NCBI GenBank assembly: GCA_964486825.1
Contig: CAZAQS010000002.1
Coordinates: 100-64,099 of the forward strand
Length of the DNA stretch: 64,000 nucleotides
Reading direction: 5' to 3'
Source: an uncultured Anaerolineaceae bacterium
GTDB taxonomy: Bacteria > Chloroflexota > Anaerolineae > Anaerolineales > UBA4823
The translations under genes were made by a program, and so were the position numbers. A model generated the notes under the pieces. It saw only the letters and a list, made by a program, of their open reading frames with translations. It searched no databases and was not told the DNA's origin. Shown here one piece after another: positions 10,273 to 18,251 of the stretch (the first letter of the stretch is position 1; each line of letters starts with the position of its first letter).

Positions 10273-10301
10273 ATAATAATAGAACATATGTTCGTTGTCA
10301 A
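10273..10301 (-). promoter_or_regulatory. Sigma-70-type promoter of the ATPase/76-aa operon
   Basis: Minus strand reads TTGACA (10301-10296), a 17-nt spacer, then TATTAT (10278-10273), about 20 nt upstream of ATG 10251. Confidence 0.6.
10281..10294 (-). promoter_or_regulatory. Candidate LexA operator (Cheo-type SOS box)
   Basis: Minus strand CGAACATATGTTCT; core GAACATATGTTC (10282-10293) is a perfect 12-bp palindrome matching GAAC-N4-GTTC; located inside the promoter spacer. Confidence 0.6.
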
Positions 10302-10356
10302 GAGGCAATCGTCCGAAATGATGGCTGGATACCGGATATCTTATGCTTGCTTATAG

Positions 10357-10423
10357 TTCAAATAAATAAACTTTATACAATGCCTATGAACACTAACATT
10401 GGCATTTAGGGAAGTTGTATAAA
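10357..10423 (-). terminator. Probable terminator downstream of the DUF5996-like gene
   Basis: Composite hairpin: outer arms TTTATACAA / TTGTATAAA (10372-10380 / 10415-10423) and inner arms AATGCC / GGCATT; followed on the minus strand by GTTTATTTATTT. Confidence 0.45.
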
Positions 10424-10591
10424 CAGTTTTAGGTCAGCAATAATTGAGAATGTCCGCCTGGGAGGTCCAACACCGGGAAGTCTACATGGTGGAATTCAAA
10501 GTCTGGTTCAACCAAATACTTACGGCGGTAGAAGCAGGCGCCACGATTTCTTCCGGATTGAGTACACCGGTGGGAATTAGTTCAACCCAAC

Positions 10592-11539
10592 CTATTTGTA
10601 AGAATCGGGGGAAATCAGAAAACTTTGCTCCAAAGTGGCGCGATCCCAGCTTGCCAGGTTTGCTCCCGCCTCGTAGGTGGATTGAAAAAAGTCCAGTAAG
10701 ACCTTATCCCAGTCGCCCGACGTGCGTATGGCTTCGTAGGGTAGGATAAACTCTTTTAAATCCGGGTGGTAATAGGCTTGCGCGGTTTGGATATTGTATT
10801 GAGAGTACCCATCAGGTTCCGGGTAGATGTACGCGTAAAATGCAGGCTCCCCCAGGCCAGCGCCGGGCCAAAAACCGATGCTGCTGACTTCGTCAACGTA
10901 CGCCTCTTGCATCACGTATTTAGCGACGTGGTATGCTTTCTCCATGATCGGTGCATTGCGCCCCGAGAAGCGCGAGGCAGCCAGGTCAAAGCTGCCCCAA
11001 AAAAATTGGACCGGGCTGGCTTTCCCACAGAATCGGCCTCGGAAGGATTTCATTACCCGATCCACCTGGAGCAGCAATTGCCAGAAGCGGTGGGCATATT
11101 CCGGGTCGTAAGTGGTGTGGGTCTGATCCTGCTCGAATGGAATCCGCTGCTCCACTTCGACAGGTACCGTCCAAATCTCGACATCGACGCCCAAGGAGTT
11201 CAGCGCTTTCATGATTTCCCGGTAAAAATCAGCCACCGGACGATCCGCCAGCGGGAGGCTGCGAGTGGCGCTGCTGCTGCTCTGGATTTGCAGGACGTGG
11301 TCGATGAAATCGAAATCGATCTGGATCACTTGGCTGCCGTAGGGCATCGGTGAGGTCGTCAGTCCGCGGGCGGTCAGATAGAGAGTCGTGTGCCACCAGT
11401 GGTTGACCATAGGCGCTAACGACAGGCGGATTTTTCCAACGATTTGCATCCACATGTGCAGGCTGGCTTGAGTATCAACCCAGGCTTCCAGCGGTAGTTC
11501 GGGTAAGGCGTTTTTGGGGGTAGTGTCAGAGTCGCTCAT
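10592..11539 (-). CDS. DUF5996-like protein
   Basis: 315 aa; N-terminal segment LHMWMQIVGKIRLSLAPMVNHWWHTTLYLTARGLTTSPMP matches my recollection of the DUF5996 family. Confidence 0.65.
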   Translation of the reverse strand: MSDSDTTPKNALPELPLEAWVDTQASLHMWMQIVGKIRLSLAPMVNHWWHTTLYLTARGLTTSPMPYGSQVIQIDFDFIDHVLQIQSSSSATRSLPLADRPVADFYREIMKALNSLGVDVEIWTVPVEVEQRIPFEQDQTHTTYDPEYAHRFWQLLLQVDRVMKSFRGRFCGKASPVQFFWGSFDLAASRFSGRNAPIMEKAYHVAKYVMQEAYVDEVSSIGFWPGAGLGEPAFYAYIYPEPDGYSQYNIQTAQAYYHPDLKEFILPYEAIRTSGDWDKVLLDFFQSTYEAGANLASWDRATLEQSFLISPDSYK

Positions 11540-11670
11540 AGATTCCGTTTCAAACAGAGTATTGTCGTTCAGGAACGACGTGGTAACATCCTAAAAACAT
11601 GCCTGTGTTCGACGAGCATTCTGTTATGGAACTTTGGATGCGCAAGGATGCCAGTGTTCGGTATATCCTT

Positions 11671-12315
11671 TTAAGGCAAAATCTTGATTGTGCTCCCCCA
11701 ATCGGTACCCATCTGATCCTGCAAGGTAATGTGGAGCAAACCAATTCCTTCTAACTGGCGGGCGCGGCGAAGAGACCCAACATCGATAGGGCGCAGACCT
11801 GCGGAGCCGATCGCATCTGCCAACCGCCTTTTTGCTTCCTTGTCATCCCCAACCATGAATACATCCAGGGATTGGCCTTCAACTTGTCCCTCCATGAGTG
11901 TCCCGGCGAACGTCGTATTGAAGGCTTTGATTACCTTTGCATCTGGAGGCGCCATTTTCGCAATTTCCTCCGCGGCTGATATTCCTGGAGGAGTGGCGAG
12001 ATCATCGAATGTTTCGTTAAGGGGATTGGTAATGTCCACGATGATCTTGCCGGCCAGCTGGTCTCCGAATTGCGAGAGGATTGATGGCACACTTGTATAG
12101 TAAACTGCCAGAACGACAGCCTCGCTTTGAATTGGATCATCGAGAGAAGCCGCCCTGACGCTGGTACCGCCATTGATGGTAGTACGGAGTTCTTCAGCCA
12201 GGTCTTTAGCTTTCTCGTTATCGTGATCGATGATCACGACCGGATTGCCGCCACTCAGCAGGCGGGTAGCAATCCCGCGGCCCATATTGCCCGCTCCAAT
12301 AATCGTAAAGTCCAT
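11671..12315 (-). CDS. NADPH-dependent F420 reductase-like NAD(P)-binding oxidoreductase
   Basis: N-terminal Rossmann motif FTIIGAGNMGRGIA; 214 aa; overall NpdG/F420_oxidored-like layout. Confidence 0.75.
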   Translation of the reverse strand: MDFTIIGAGNMGRGIATRLLSGGNPVVIIDHDNEKAKDLAEELRTTINGGTSVRAASLDDPIQSEAVVLAVYYTSVPSILSQFGDQLAGKIIVDITNPLNETFDDLATPPGISAAEEIAKMAPPDAKVIKAFNTTFAGTLMEGQVEGQSLDVFMVGDDKEAKRRLADAIGSAGLRPIDVGSLRRARQLEGIGLLHITLQDQMGTDWGSTIKILP

Positions 12316-12595
12316 TTCACACCTCTAATCCCTATACCAATAAGTCACGCGTGCAGGCTGGTGTGAGCGTAGTCTGACAGAGCTGCACAATTCCGATATA
12401 AGCCAGATACACTGAATAGTATCTGGAATCTGATTTTATCTTATCGTACACAAAACCTACCGTCAATATCAAAATTAAATCTATTGACGGATGTTTAGAT
12501 AGTAATCGCTAAAAAAATGAAGGGGGACTGCCGAATTCGCTTTCCTGATTCGTCAATGGAGTAGAGATGAGATCAGAGCCCCGTTAACGGTAAAT

Positions 12596-13246
12596 CTAAG
12601 GTTTTTGGGCAAGCACCTGCCAGTTGGAGAAGAACTGCTGTGCACACCGGTTCTCAAAATAGCCTTCATCCTTCGATCTGGAGAGCAATACAAAATCCCT
12701 AAGCAGCTCATCCAGGTCGGCTTCATTGCTGAAATAGTGCATATCTCCGGGAATGATCGACTTCGTTGACAGGTAAGTATGTGGAGCAGCTTCTTCTCCG
12801 AAGCCATACTTTCCGTCTTCCCGGCTGGGGCATGTAAAGTAGAACAAGCCCCCGGGTTTTAGCAACCGGAACACATATTGGATTGCAGCCTCAAACTGTT
12901 CCCGGTAACCGTGATAGATGACGTTGTAGCTCAGTACAATATCGAAGAATTCTTTGGGAAGGCGCGGGTCGAGCACATCTCCGTGCAGTGTCTGGGTATC
13001 TAAACCCAGCTGGCTTGCCCAATCCCTCAAGTGTTTTACGGCTGTTTTAGAGCCGTCGATCGCCGTGACCTTGAAACCGGCCTGGGCAAAAGCGATCGCA
13101 TGCCGTCCCAAACCGCACCCCAGGTCCAGGACCTGTGCTCTTTCATGAGGAGAATTTGCCCCGATCAGCTCAAGCACTTCCTGGGTAGGCTCCTCCCACC
13201 ATTGGCGTTTCTCCGAGTTGCTCCAAAATTGATCCCAGAGCGTCAT
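12596..13246 (-). CDS. Class I SAM-dependent methyltransferase
   Basis: Motif I VLDLGCGLGRHA; motif II-like acidic residue after beta-2 (VTAIDGS). Confidence 0.85.
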   Translation of the reverse strand: MTLWDQFWSNSEKRQWWEEPTQEVLELIGANSPHERAQVLDLGCGLGRHAIAFAQAGFKVTAIDGSKTAVKHLRDWASQLGLDTQTLHGDVLDPRLPKEFFDIVLSYNVIYHGYREQFEAAIQYVFRLLKPGGLFYFTCPSREDGKYGFGEEAAPHTYLSTKSIIPGDMHYFSNEADLDELLRDFVLLSRSKDEGYFENRCAQQFFSNWQVLAQKP

Positions 13247-13298
13247 GAATTTATCTCCTTTTCATATGCGGGAAGCATTATTCGAAAACCACTCATCT

Positions 13299-13679
13299 CT
13301 ATGACCCGATTCGGATTAAGCCTTCCAGCCCCGAGAAAAGCTCGTAAAGGCTGAGCAGCGCCAGGATGAACAAAACGACAAACAACATAACCATCGGCCA
13401 CTGCCCTTTTTGAGCGAAATAACCAGGACTGTTGATCAGGGTATACAGAAGCATCCCCAGACCCAGCAAGGCCAAAGGGTAACCCACCAGGCTCTGTGCC
13501 AGCAATGCAACCCCGGCTAGGACCAGGACTGCTGCGGTCAGGAATTCTGCTACCAGATGAAAACCGATGCGAATTGGTTCGCTAGATAACTCAGCGACAT
13601 TCCGTTTAACCAGGGATACGCCCCACTGGCCTATCATTAGCACCCCAACAGCTATCGAAAATATGGCTGTATACAGCAT
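13299..13679 (-). CDS. Small integral membrane protein (4 TM)
   Basis: 126 aa, hydrophobic throughout; no family recognised. Confidence 0.55.
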   Translation of the reverse strand: MLYTAIFSIAVGVLMIGQWGVSLVKRNVAELSSEPIRIGFHLVAEFLTAAVLVLAGVALLAQSLVGYPLALLGLGMLLYTLINSPGYFAQKGQWPMVMLFVVLFILALLSLYELFSGLEGLIRIGS

Positions 13680-13861
13680 ATGCCCTCCCAGTTATCCATT
13701 TCTACGTAAAATTTTGTTCAGACCTTTGATGTACTATTATAGCTAATCGGTTTATAATTTTCCCTCCAGGAAAATCTTTCGCCTACGTTCTACTTTACCA
13801 GGCAGGCCCGAAGGAGTGGTGGACTAACTTAGGCAGATTTGGATCAGGTGTTTCAGCAAAG

Positions 13862-14620
13862 ATGAAATTCGAAGATCATTTTTCGAGATTAGCGCGTGAA
13901 TATTCAATCTACAGGCCCCAATACCCGGAGGCGCTTTTTAAATTTCTGGCAGGCGTCGCTCCGGAAACCGGCCTGGCATGGGATTGCGGGACCGGAAACG
14001 GGCAAGCAGCTTTGCAACTGGCCGAGCACTTCCAGAGAGTTTACGCTACAGATGCAAGCTCCAAGCAAATAGAACAGGCGGCAGCATACCCAGGGGTTGA
14101 GTTTAAAGTCGAATCTGCAGATAATGTATCTCTGGAGTCGAATAGTGTTGATCTAGTGACTGTGGCTGTTGCTGTACATTGGTTCAACCTGGCCGAGTTT
14201 TACCGGGAGGTCAATCGAGTGTTAAAACCAGCCGGCGTCCTGGCAGTCTGGACCTACCACCTGCCTCAGATCGAGCCTGCTATTGACCAGGTAATTTATA
14301 CGTACTATCGATCTGTTTTGGGGAAATACTGGCCCGAACGCATCCGGTACGTGGATGAGAAATATGAAACGCTTCCTTTTCCTTACCAGGAATTCAAGCC
14401 GCCTCCTTTTGAGATGCATGCTGTGTGGGATTTAAACCGGTTAGTTGGTTTTTTGAGCAGCTGGTCGGCTGTGAATGGATATCAAGAGAAGCATGGAAGC
14501 CATCCTTTGGAGGCAATTTGGAAGGATTTGAGATCGGCCTGGGGCAAAGAGCATGTCAAGCGAGAGGTGCGCTGGGAGCTGTATATGCGCTCGGGCAGGA
14601 AAGTCGATTCAAAGGCATAG
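13862..14620 (+). CDS. Class I SAM-dependent methyltransferase
   Basis: Motif I AWDCGTGNGQAA; YATDAS acidic loop; 252 aa. Confidence 0.85.
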   Translation: MKFEDHFSRLAREYSIYRPQYPEALFKFLAGVAPETGLAWDCGTGNGQAALQLAEHFQRVYATDASSKQIEQAAAYPGVEFKVESADNVSLESNSVDLVTVAVAVHWFNLAEFYREVNRVLKPAGVLAVWTYHLPQIEPAIDQVIYTYYRSVLGKYWPERIRYVDEKYETLPFPYQEFKPPPFEMHAVWDLNRLVGFLSSWSAVNGYQEKHGSHPLEAIWKDLRSAWGKEHVKREVRWELYMRSGRKVDSKA

Positions 14621-14675
14621 GATTAAGAATTCATACTTTGGTTTTTCTTGGTTTCATAATCTGGAGGAAAATGAG

Positions 14676-14993
14676 ATGATCAGTCGAGTTTGGCACGGCT
14701 GGACGAAGCCGGAAAACGCAGATGCATACCAAAGCCTGCTTCTATCTGAGATTTTTGAGGGTATTCAAAACCGGGATATTGACGGCTATTGCGGTATTGA
14801 GCTTTACCGTCGAGAGGATGGGGAAGAGGTGGAGTTTGTCACGCTCATGAAGTTCGATTCACTTGATGCAGTACGCGCATTTGCAGGGGAAGATTATGAG
14901 GTTGCCGTTGTTCCTCCCAAGGCTCGCTCTTTGTTGGCTCACTTCGACCAACGCTCCCAGCATTATGAAGTCATACAGGAAATGAAAGCTTGA
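14676..14993 (+). CDS. ABM-like (dimeric alpha-beta barrel) protein
   Basis: 105 aa from ATG 14676 behind a GGAGGA RBS; pattern RVWHGWT...FVTLMKFDSLDAVRAFAG typical of antibiotic-biosynthesis-monooxygenase-fold proteins. Confidence 0.65.
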   Translation: MISRVWHGWTKPENADAYQSLLLSEIFEGIQNRDIDGYCGIELYRREDGEEVEFVTLMKFDSLDAVRAFAGEDYEVAVVPPKARSLLAHFDQRSQHYEVIQEMKA

Positions 14994-15338
14994 TCGCCTG
15001 GAACCCCAAGATCAGCACGAGCAGCAAGATGAAATATGTCCTTAAGGTATGCAAACAGCTCCAGGCTCAGCAATAAGCAATTATAAGGAAACCCACCCGC
15101 AGTCAAGAAAGCCAGGCCGGTGGCGGACCGATAATTGGCGCCCTCCCCTGGCCTTAATTCCAATATTGAACGGCCCCAGCCACTTTATGCCGGGTCAATT
15201 TCCGGGACCGCAGGCCACTCCTAGGAAGACAGATACTGAGTGTGGCCGGGAACTCGATATAGGTTATCGATCTAAAGTTGTATGAGGAGGATTATTTAAT
15301 GGATACAAAGGATGCGGTAGACAAAGTCGACAATTAAA

Positions 15339-15408
15339 TACCAAAGGCCTCGCGAACGAACCACGAGGCCCTCAGTCGGCGAGGTGGGCGCGGAGGGACT
15401 CGAACCCA
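15339..15408 (-). repeat. Direct repeat copy 1 (tRNA-Val 3' part plus its terminator)
   Basis: 70 nt identical to 15452-15521 except 2 mismatches (15350 T vs C, 15355 A vs G); offset 113 bp. Confidence 0.9.
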
Positions 15409-15433
15409 GCGCGCAGCCCCGCACGGATGTGAA
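15385..15433 (-). pseudogene. Partial tRNA-Val(CAC) copy (anticodon loop to 3' end, altered variable region, no 5' half)
   Basis: Reverse complement reads TTCACATCCGTG-CGGGGCTGCGCGC-TGGGTTCGAGTCCCTCCGCGCCCA; acceptor 5' strand and D-arm absent. Confidence 0.8.
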
Positions 15434-15451
15434 TTCGGAAAACGGTATTAA

Positions 15452-15521
15452 TACCAAAGGCCCCGCGGACGAACCACGAGGCCCTCAGTCGGCGAGGTGG
15501 GCGCGGAGGGACTCGAACCCA
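15452..15521 (-). repeat. Direct repeat copy 2 (3' part of the intact tRNA-Val plus terminator)
   Basis: See copy 1. Confidence 0.9.
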
Positions 15522-15571
15522 CGACCTCACGGATGTGAACCGTGCACTCTAACCAGCTGAGCTACGCGCCC
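15498..15571 (-). tRNA. tRNA-Val (anticodon CAC)
   Basis: Reverse complement folds as a cloverleaf: GGGCGCG-TA-GCTC-AGCTGGTTA-GAGT-G-CACGG-TTCACAT-CCGTG-AGGTC-GTGGG-TTCGAGT-CCCTC-CGCGCCC-A; one U-U mismatch in the T stem; CCA not encoded; downstream G-U-containing hairpin plus TTTGGTATT. Confidence 0.92.
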
Positions 15572-15632
15572 CGACTGTGGCGCAAATTATAGTGTAGTGT
15601 AAGCGTGATTGCAAGGGTATTGAGGACATATA

Positions 15633-15670
15633 CGAAAACAGGCTCATGGATCTCCATGGACCTGTTTTCG
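15633..15670 (-). terminator. Long hairpin terminator after the lipoprotein gene
   Basis: 18-nt arms CGAAAACAGGCTCATGGA / TCCATGGACCTGTTTTCG with a 2-nt internal mismatch and 2-nt loop, 15 nt after stop 15686. Confidence 0.55.
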
Positions 15671-15685
15671 TTATCATGCCCTGGT

Positions 15686-17767
15686 TTACTTCTCTTCGGA
15701 ACCGGTAATCAACCACCAACCATCGATCTTTTCCATGCTAACCAACATGGGGGAGGGGGCGTCTTGCCCTTCGAAATAACGCTCTACTTCCAGGCTTGCC
15801 CTGTCTCCCTCTACTTTAACCTCTCCTACCTCTACCTTCGTGGGAAGCTGTACGGTAAGCAGGATAGGGTTCTTACCCTCCATCATGTGGCTTTCAAGTG
15901 CTGATGCTACATCTTTTAGGTAATCCAAAGAGAGATAAGCTTTAGGCTCGAAGCCATAAACAACCTGCGGGTCTCTCTCCGAGCGCAGCAAGTTTATATA
16001 CCAGTTATAGAACTTGCCCGCCGTCAGCTCTGGTGTGTTCTCGAAATAGACGGTTACGTTATCGATCTTCCAGTAAGGTCCTTCGGCCACCAGGGTGACC
16101 AGGAGGCCTTGCGCGTCGGCGTCTTGGTTTCCCATGCTTAGGTTGCGCAGGAACACGCGCGCTCTGCTCGCGCCGGGTTTGTCACTGGTGGTTTCGTAGA
16201 CTTTTTCCACGTCGAAGGCGTAGAAATCCTCTTGTGCCATCATAATCGGGTCGTAGCCACCGCCTCCGGATTTGGCGAATTCCTCCCGCAGGGCACTTAC
16301 TTGTTCTACGTATCTACCGGTTACCAGGCCGGTGCCAGGGTAGGCTTCGCCAGCATGAGGAGTTCGGCAGCCAGTGGTTCCTTCCAGGCAGCCCTGGTAC
16401 CAGGTATAGAAGGCTTTGACCGTCCCCTCTGGGCTGAACGAGCAGGCCACATCCTCGATCTTCCATTCATCTCCGCTCCCCCCAGGTCGGGTCAAGTCTA
16501 CGGTGAAGATATGCCCGGGGAAGCTGGTACGAACGACGATCGACGCACCTTTGGCCTCACCGTACGGGGAAAGCTTCTCAACGAAGAAGCCGTCTGGGGT
16601 GACGTGGGTGGGAACGTCCTGGGCGCACAAAATTGGATCATAGCCCGGGTCTCTCTGGTCTAGCCTGGCTTTGAAGGATTCGGCAAGGTAGGGCGAATCC
16701 TGGTAGGCCTTGTCCACCAGTGGATTATTGAAATTCCCGTCGGGATCCGCTTTTGTATACTCCAGATACCACCCGTAGAAAGCCTCCACCACTTCGGTTG
16801 GGTTGAGAGGGGCTTCCTCCAGGCTCGTATCCACGATCACCCATGCGCCGTTCGATTTCTCCAGGTGCACAACGAGAGGCTGAGGCCCTGAGCTGTAAAA
16901 ATAACGCCACAGGTACACACTGGCCTTGTCCCCCCTGATCACGGGTTCCTCCAATATCGAGCCTCCAGAGGGGATATCCCAGGAAAGTACAAAGGGGTCA
17001 GGTCCACCCTGGGCTTCAGCCACTCGCTGGATGAACGATTCGCTCAAGTACTCGCTCGATTTGTATGTCCCATCCTGGAGTGGATTCCCGCCCTCCCGGT
17101 AGATACCGAGATACCAATCGTAGAACAGCCTCGTAACCCCGGCAGGTGTGGCGATATTTTCCGGGCGGATATCCTCTATCTTCCAACCGGCTTCTGTCAA
17201 AACCAGGTCCAGGGTTGCGCCGGCCCAAGAGGGCAAATCGTATCCGGTGTACTTGACTGCGATCGTCGCGGCCTGCTCATTCACGGAAACCGGCTCCAGG
17301 TTGAAATCCTTAAGGAAGCCCCAATTATGCATCAGGGGATCGAAGATGCCGCGTTCCAGGACGGGTACTGCCAGGACCTCATCGACCCTGGTGATATAGG
17401 CTTCTGTAAAAAGATCTACCTGCTTGTGGATGCCTTCTTCGAAAGGATAGAGGATCTCTCCGCTGGGGGTTTGGTTGTCCTCCAGGTAGGCGATATACCA
17501 GCCCATGAACGCCTCTGCGCTTCCAAGCGCGTCTGGCCCAACCTGATCAGGAGGGGTTGGCATCTGAGATGATTTTGGAGCGGGTTCACTTAATTGGCTA
17601 GGCTTTGAGCTGGATGACGCATTGCTTCTTGAGGGAACGTCGACGATCTCTACCTTATCGGCTGGCGCTACAACCTCAATAGCGGCCCCTTGTTGGACGC
17701 ATCCTGTTAGCAATAAGAATGCGATTAAAACCAGCCACGGAAGATGGAACTTCATTTTCATGGTCAT
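15686..17767 (-). CDS. Lipoprotein with five DUF3828-like repeats
   Basis: Signal peptide plus lipobox LLLTGC; recurring module signature (FMGWYIAY, FYDWYLGIY, FYGWYLEY, FYTWYQGC, FYNWYINL). Confidence 0.8.
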   Translation of the reverse strand: MTMKMKFHLPWLVLIAFLLLTGCVQQGAAIEVVAPADKVEIVDVPSRSNASSSSKPSQLSEPAPKSSQMPTPPDQVGPDALGSAEAFMGWYIAYLEDNQTPSGEILYPFEEGIHKQVDLFTEAYITRVDEVLAVPVLERGIFDPLMHNWGFLKDFNLEPVSVNEQAATIAVKYTGYDLPSWAGATLDLVLTEAGWKIEDIRPENIATPAGVTRLFYDWYLGIYREGGNPLQDGTYKSSEYLSESFIQRVAEAQGGPDPFVLSWDIPSGGSILEEPVIRGDKASVYLWRYFYSSGPQPLVVHLEKSNGAWVIVDTSLEEAPLNPTEVVEAFYGWYLEYTKADPDGNFNNPLVDKAYQDSPYLAESFKARLDQRDPGYDPILCAQDVPTHVTPDGFFVEKLSPYGEAKGASIVVRTSFPGHIFTVDLTRPGGSGDEWKIEDVACSFSPEGTVKAFYTWYQGCLEGTTGCRTPHAGEAYPGTGLVTGRYVEQVSALREEFAKSGGGGYDPIMMAQEDFYAFDVEKVYETTSDKPGASRARVFLRNLSMGNQDADAQGLLVTLVAEGPYWKIDNVTVYFENTPELTAGKFYNWYINLLRSERDPQVVYGFEPKAYLSLDYLKDVASALESHMMEGKNPILLTVQLPTKVEVGEVKVEGDRASLEVERYFEGQDAPSPMLVSMEKIDGWWLITGSEEK

Positions 17768-17973
17768 ATCTCCTGTTCTTTGAGATTAGCTAAAACACAA
17801 TAACCAGCATAGGCTTTATTACCTGCCTGTTTTCTACACTATACAACTAAGTCTTCCCGGGTACACCAGGCAAATGGGTAATCTATCTCCTGGTCAGTTG
17901 GAGAGTATTTATGAAGGATTAATGTAATATTTTCCTCATTACAGTTTGCTCGAATGCTCATTAGGAAAATCCC

Positions 17974-18002
17974 TTGCCTGTCGCTACCAGGCAAGTTATA
18001 AT
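17974..18002 (+). promoter_or_regulatory. Sigma-70-type promoter of the FMN riboswitch operon
   Basis: TTGCCT (17974-17979), a 17-nt spacer, then TATAAT (17997-18002), about 20 nt upstream of aptamer P1. Confidence 0.6.
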
Positions 18003-18021
18003 AATAACAATCGTATAAGAT

Positions 18022-18175
18022 AACCTTCGGGGCAGGGTGAGGGGTGGACGAGGTGTCCACTACCAATTCCCGATCGGCGGTAAAGCCCGCGAGCGCAAGG
18101 CGAAAAGTACTCGCCCAACGTGCATGATCCGGTGAAACTCCGGGGCCGACGGTACAGTCCGGATGAAAGAAGGTT
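18022..18175 (+). promoter_or_regulatory. FMN riboswitch (RFN element) aptamer
   Basis: P1 AACCTTC / GAAGGTT; conserved blocks GGGGCAGGGTGA, AATTCCC, CGGCGGTAAAGCCCGCGAGC, GGTGAAACTCCGG, GCCGACGGTACAGTCCGGATG, AAAGAAGG in the canonical order. Confidence 0.9.
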
Positions 18176-18251
18176 AATGCCTGAGCATGGTATTGCGCGT
18201 AATCAAGCTTTGTCGCGTAAAGCGCCTGCTCTTCAGGCATACTGGAACCCT

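Noticed and set aside
10444-10749. 101-aa plus-strand ORF
   Set aside because: It overlaps the 3' end of the DUF5996-like gene and its 3' UTR, and has no RBS and no recognisable features.
14963-15163. 66-aa minus-strand ORF in the long non-coding stretch before the tRNA
   Set aside because: It has a TTG start and no RBS, overlaps the end of the ABM gene, and only vaguely resembles a membrane-protein fragment. It is possibly a gene remnant and is not called.
15333-15571. tRNA duplication as the boundary of a currently integrated element
   Set aside because: The two copies are only 113 bp apart with nothing between them, and no integrase is present in the window. It is reported only as a scar or duplication.
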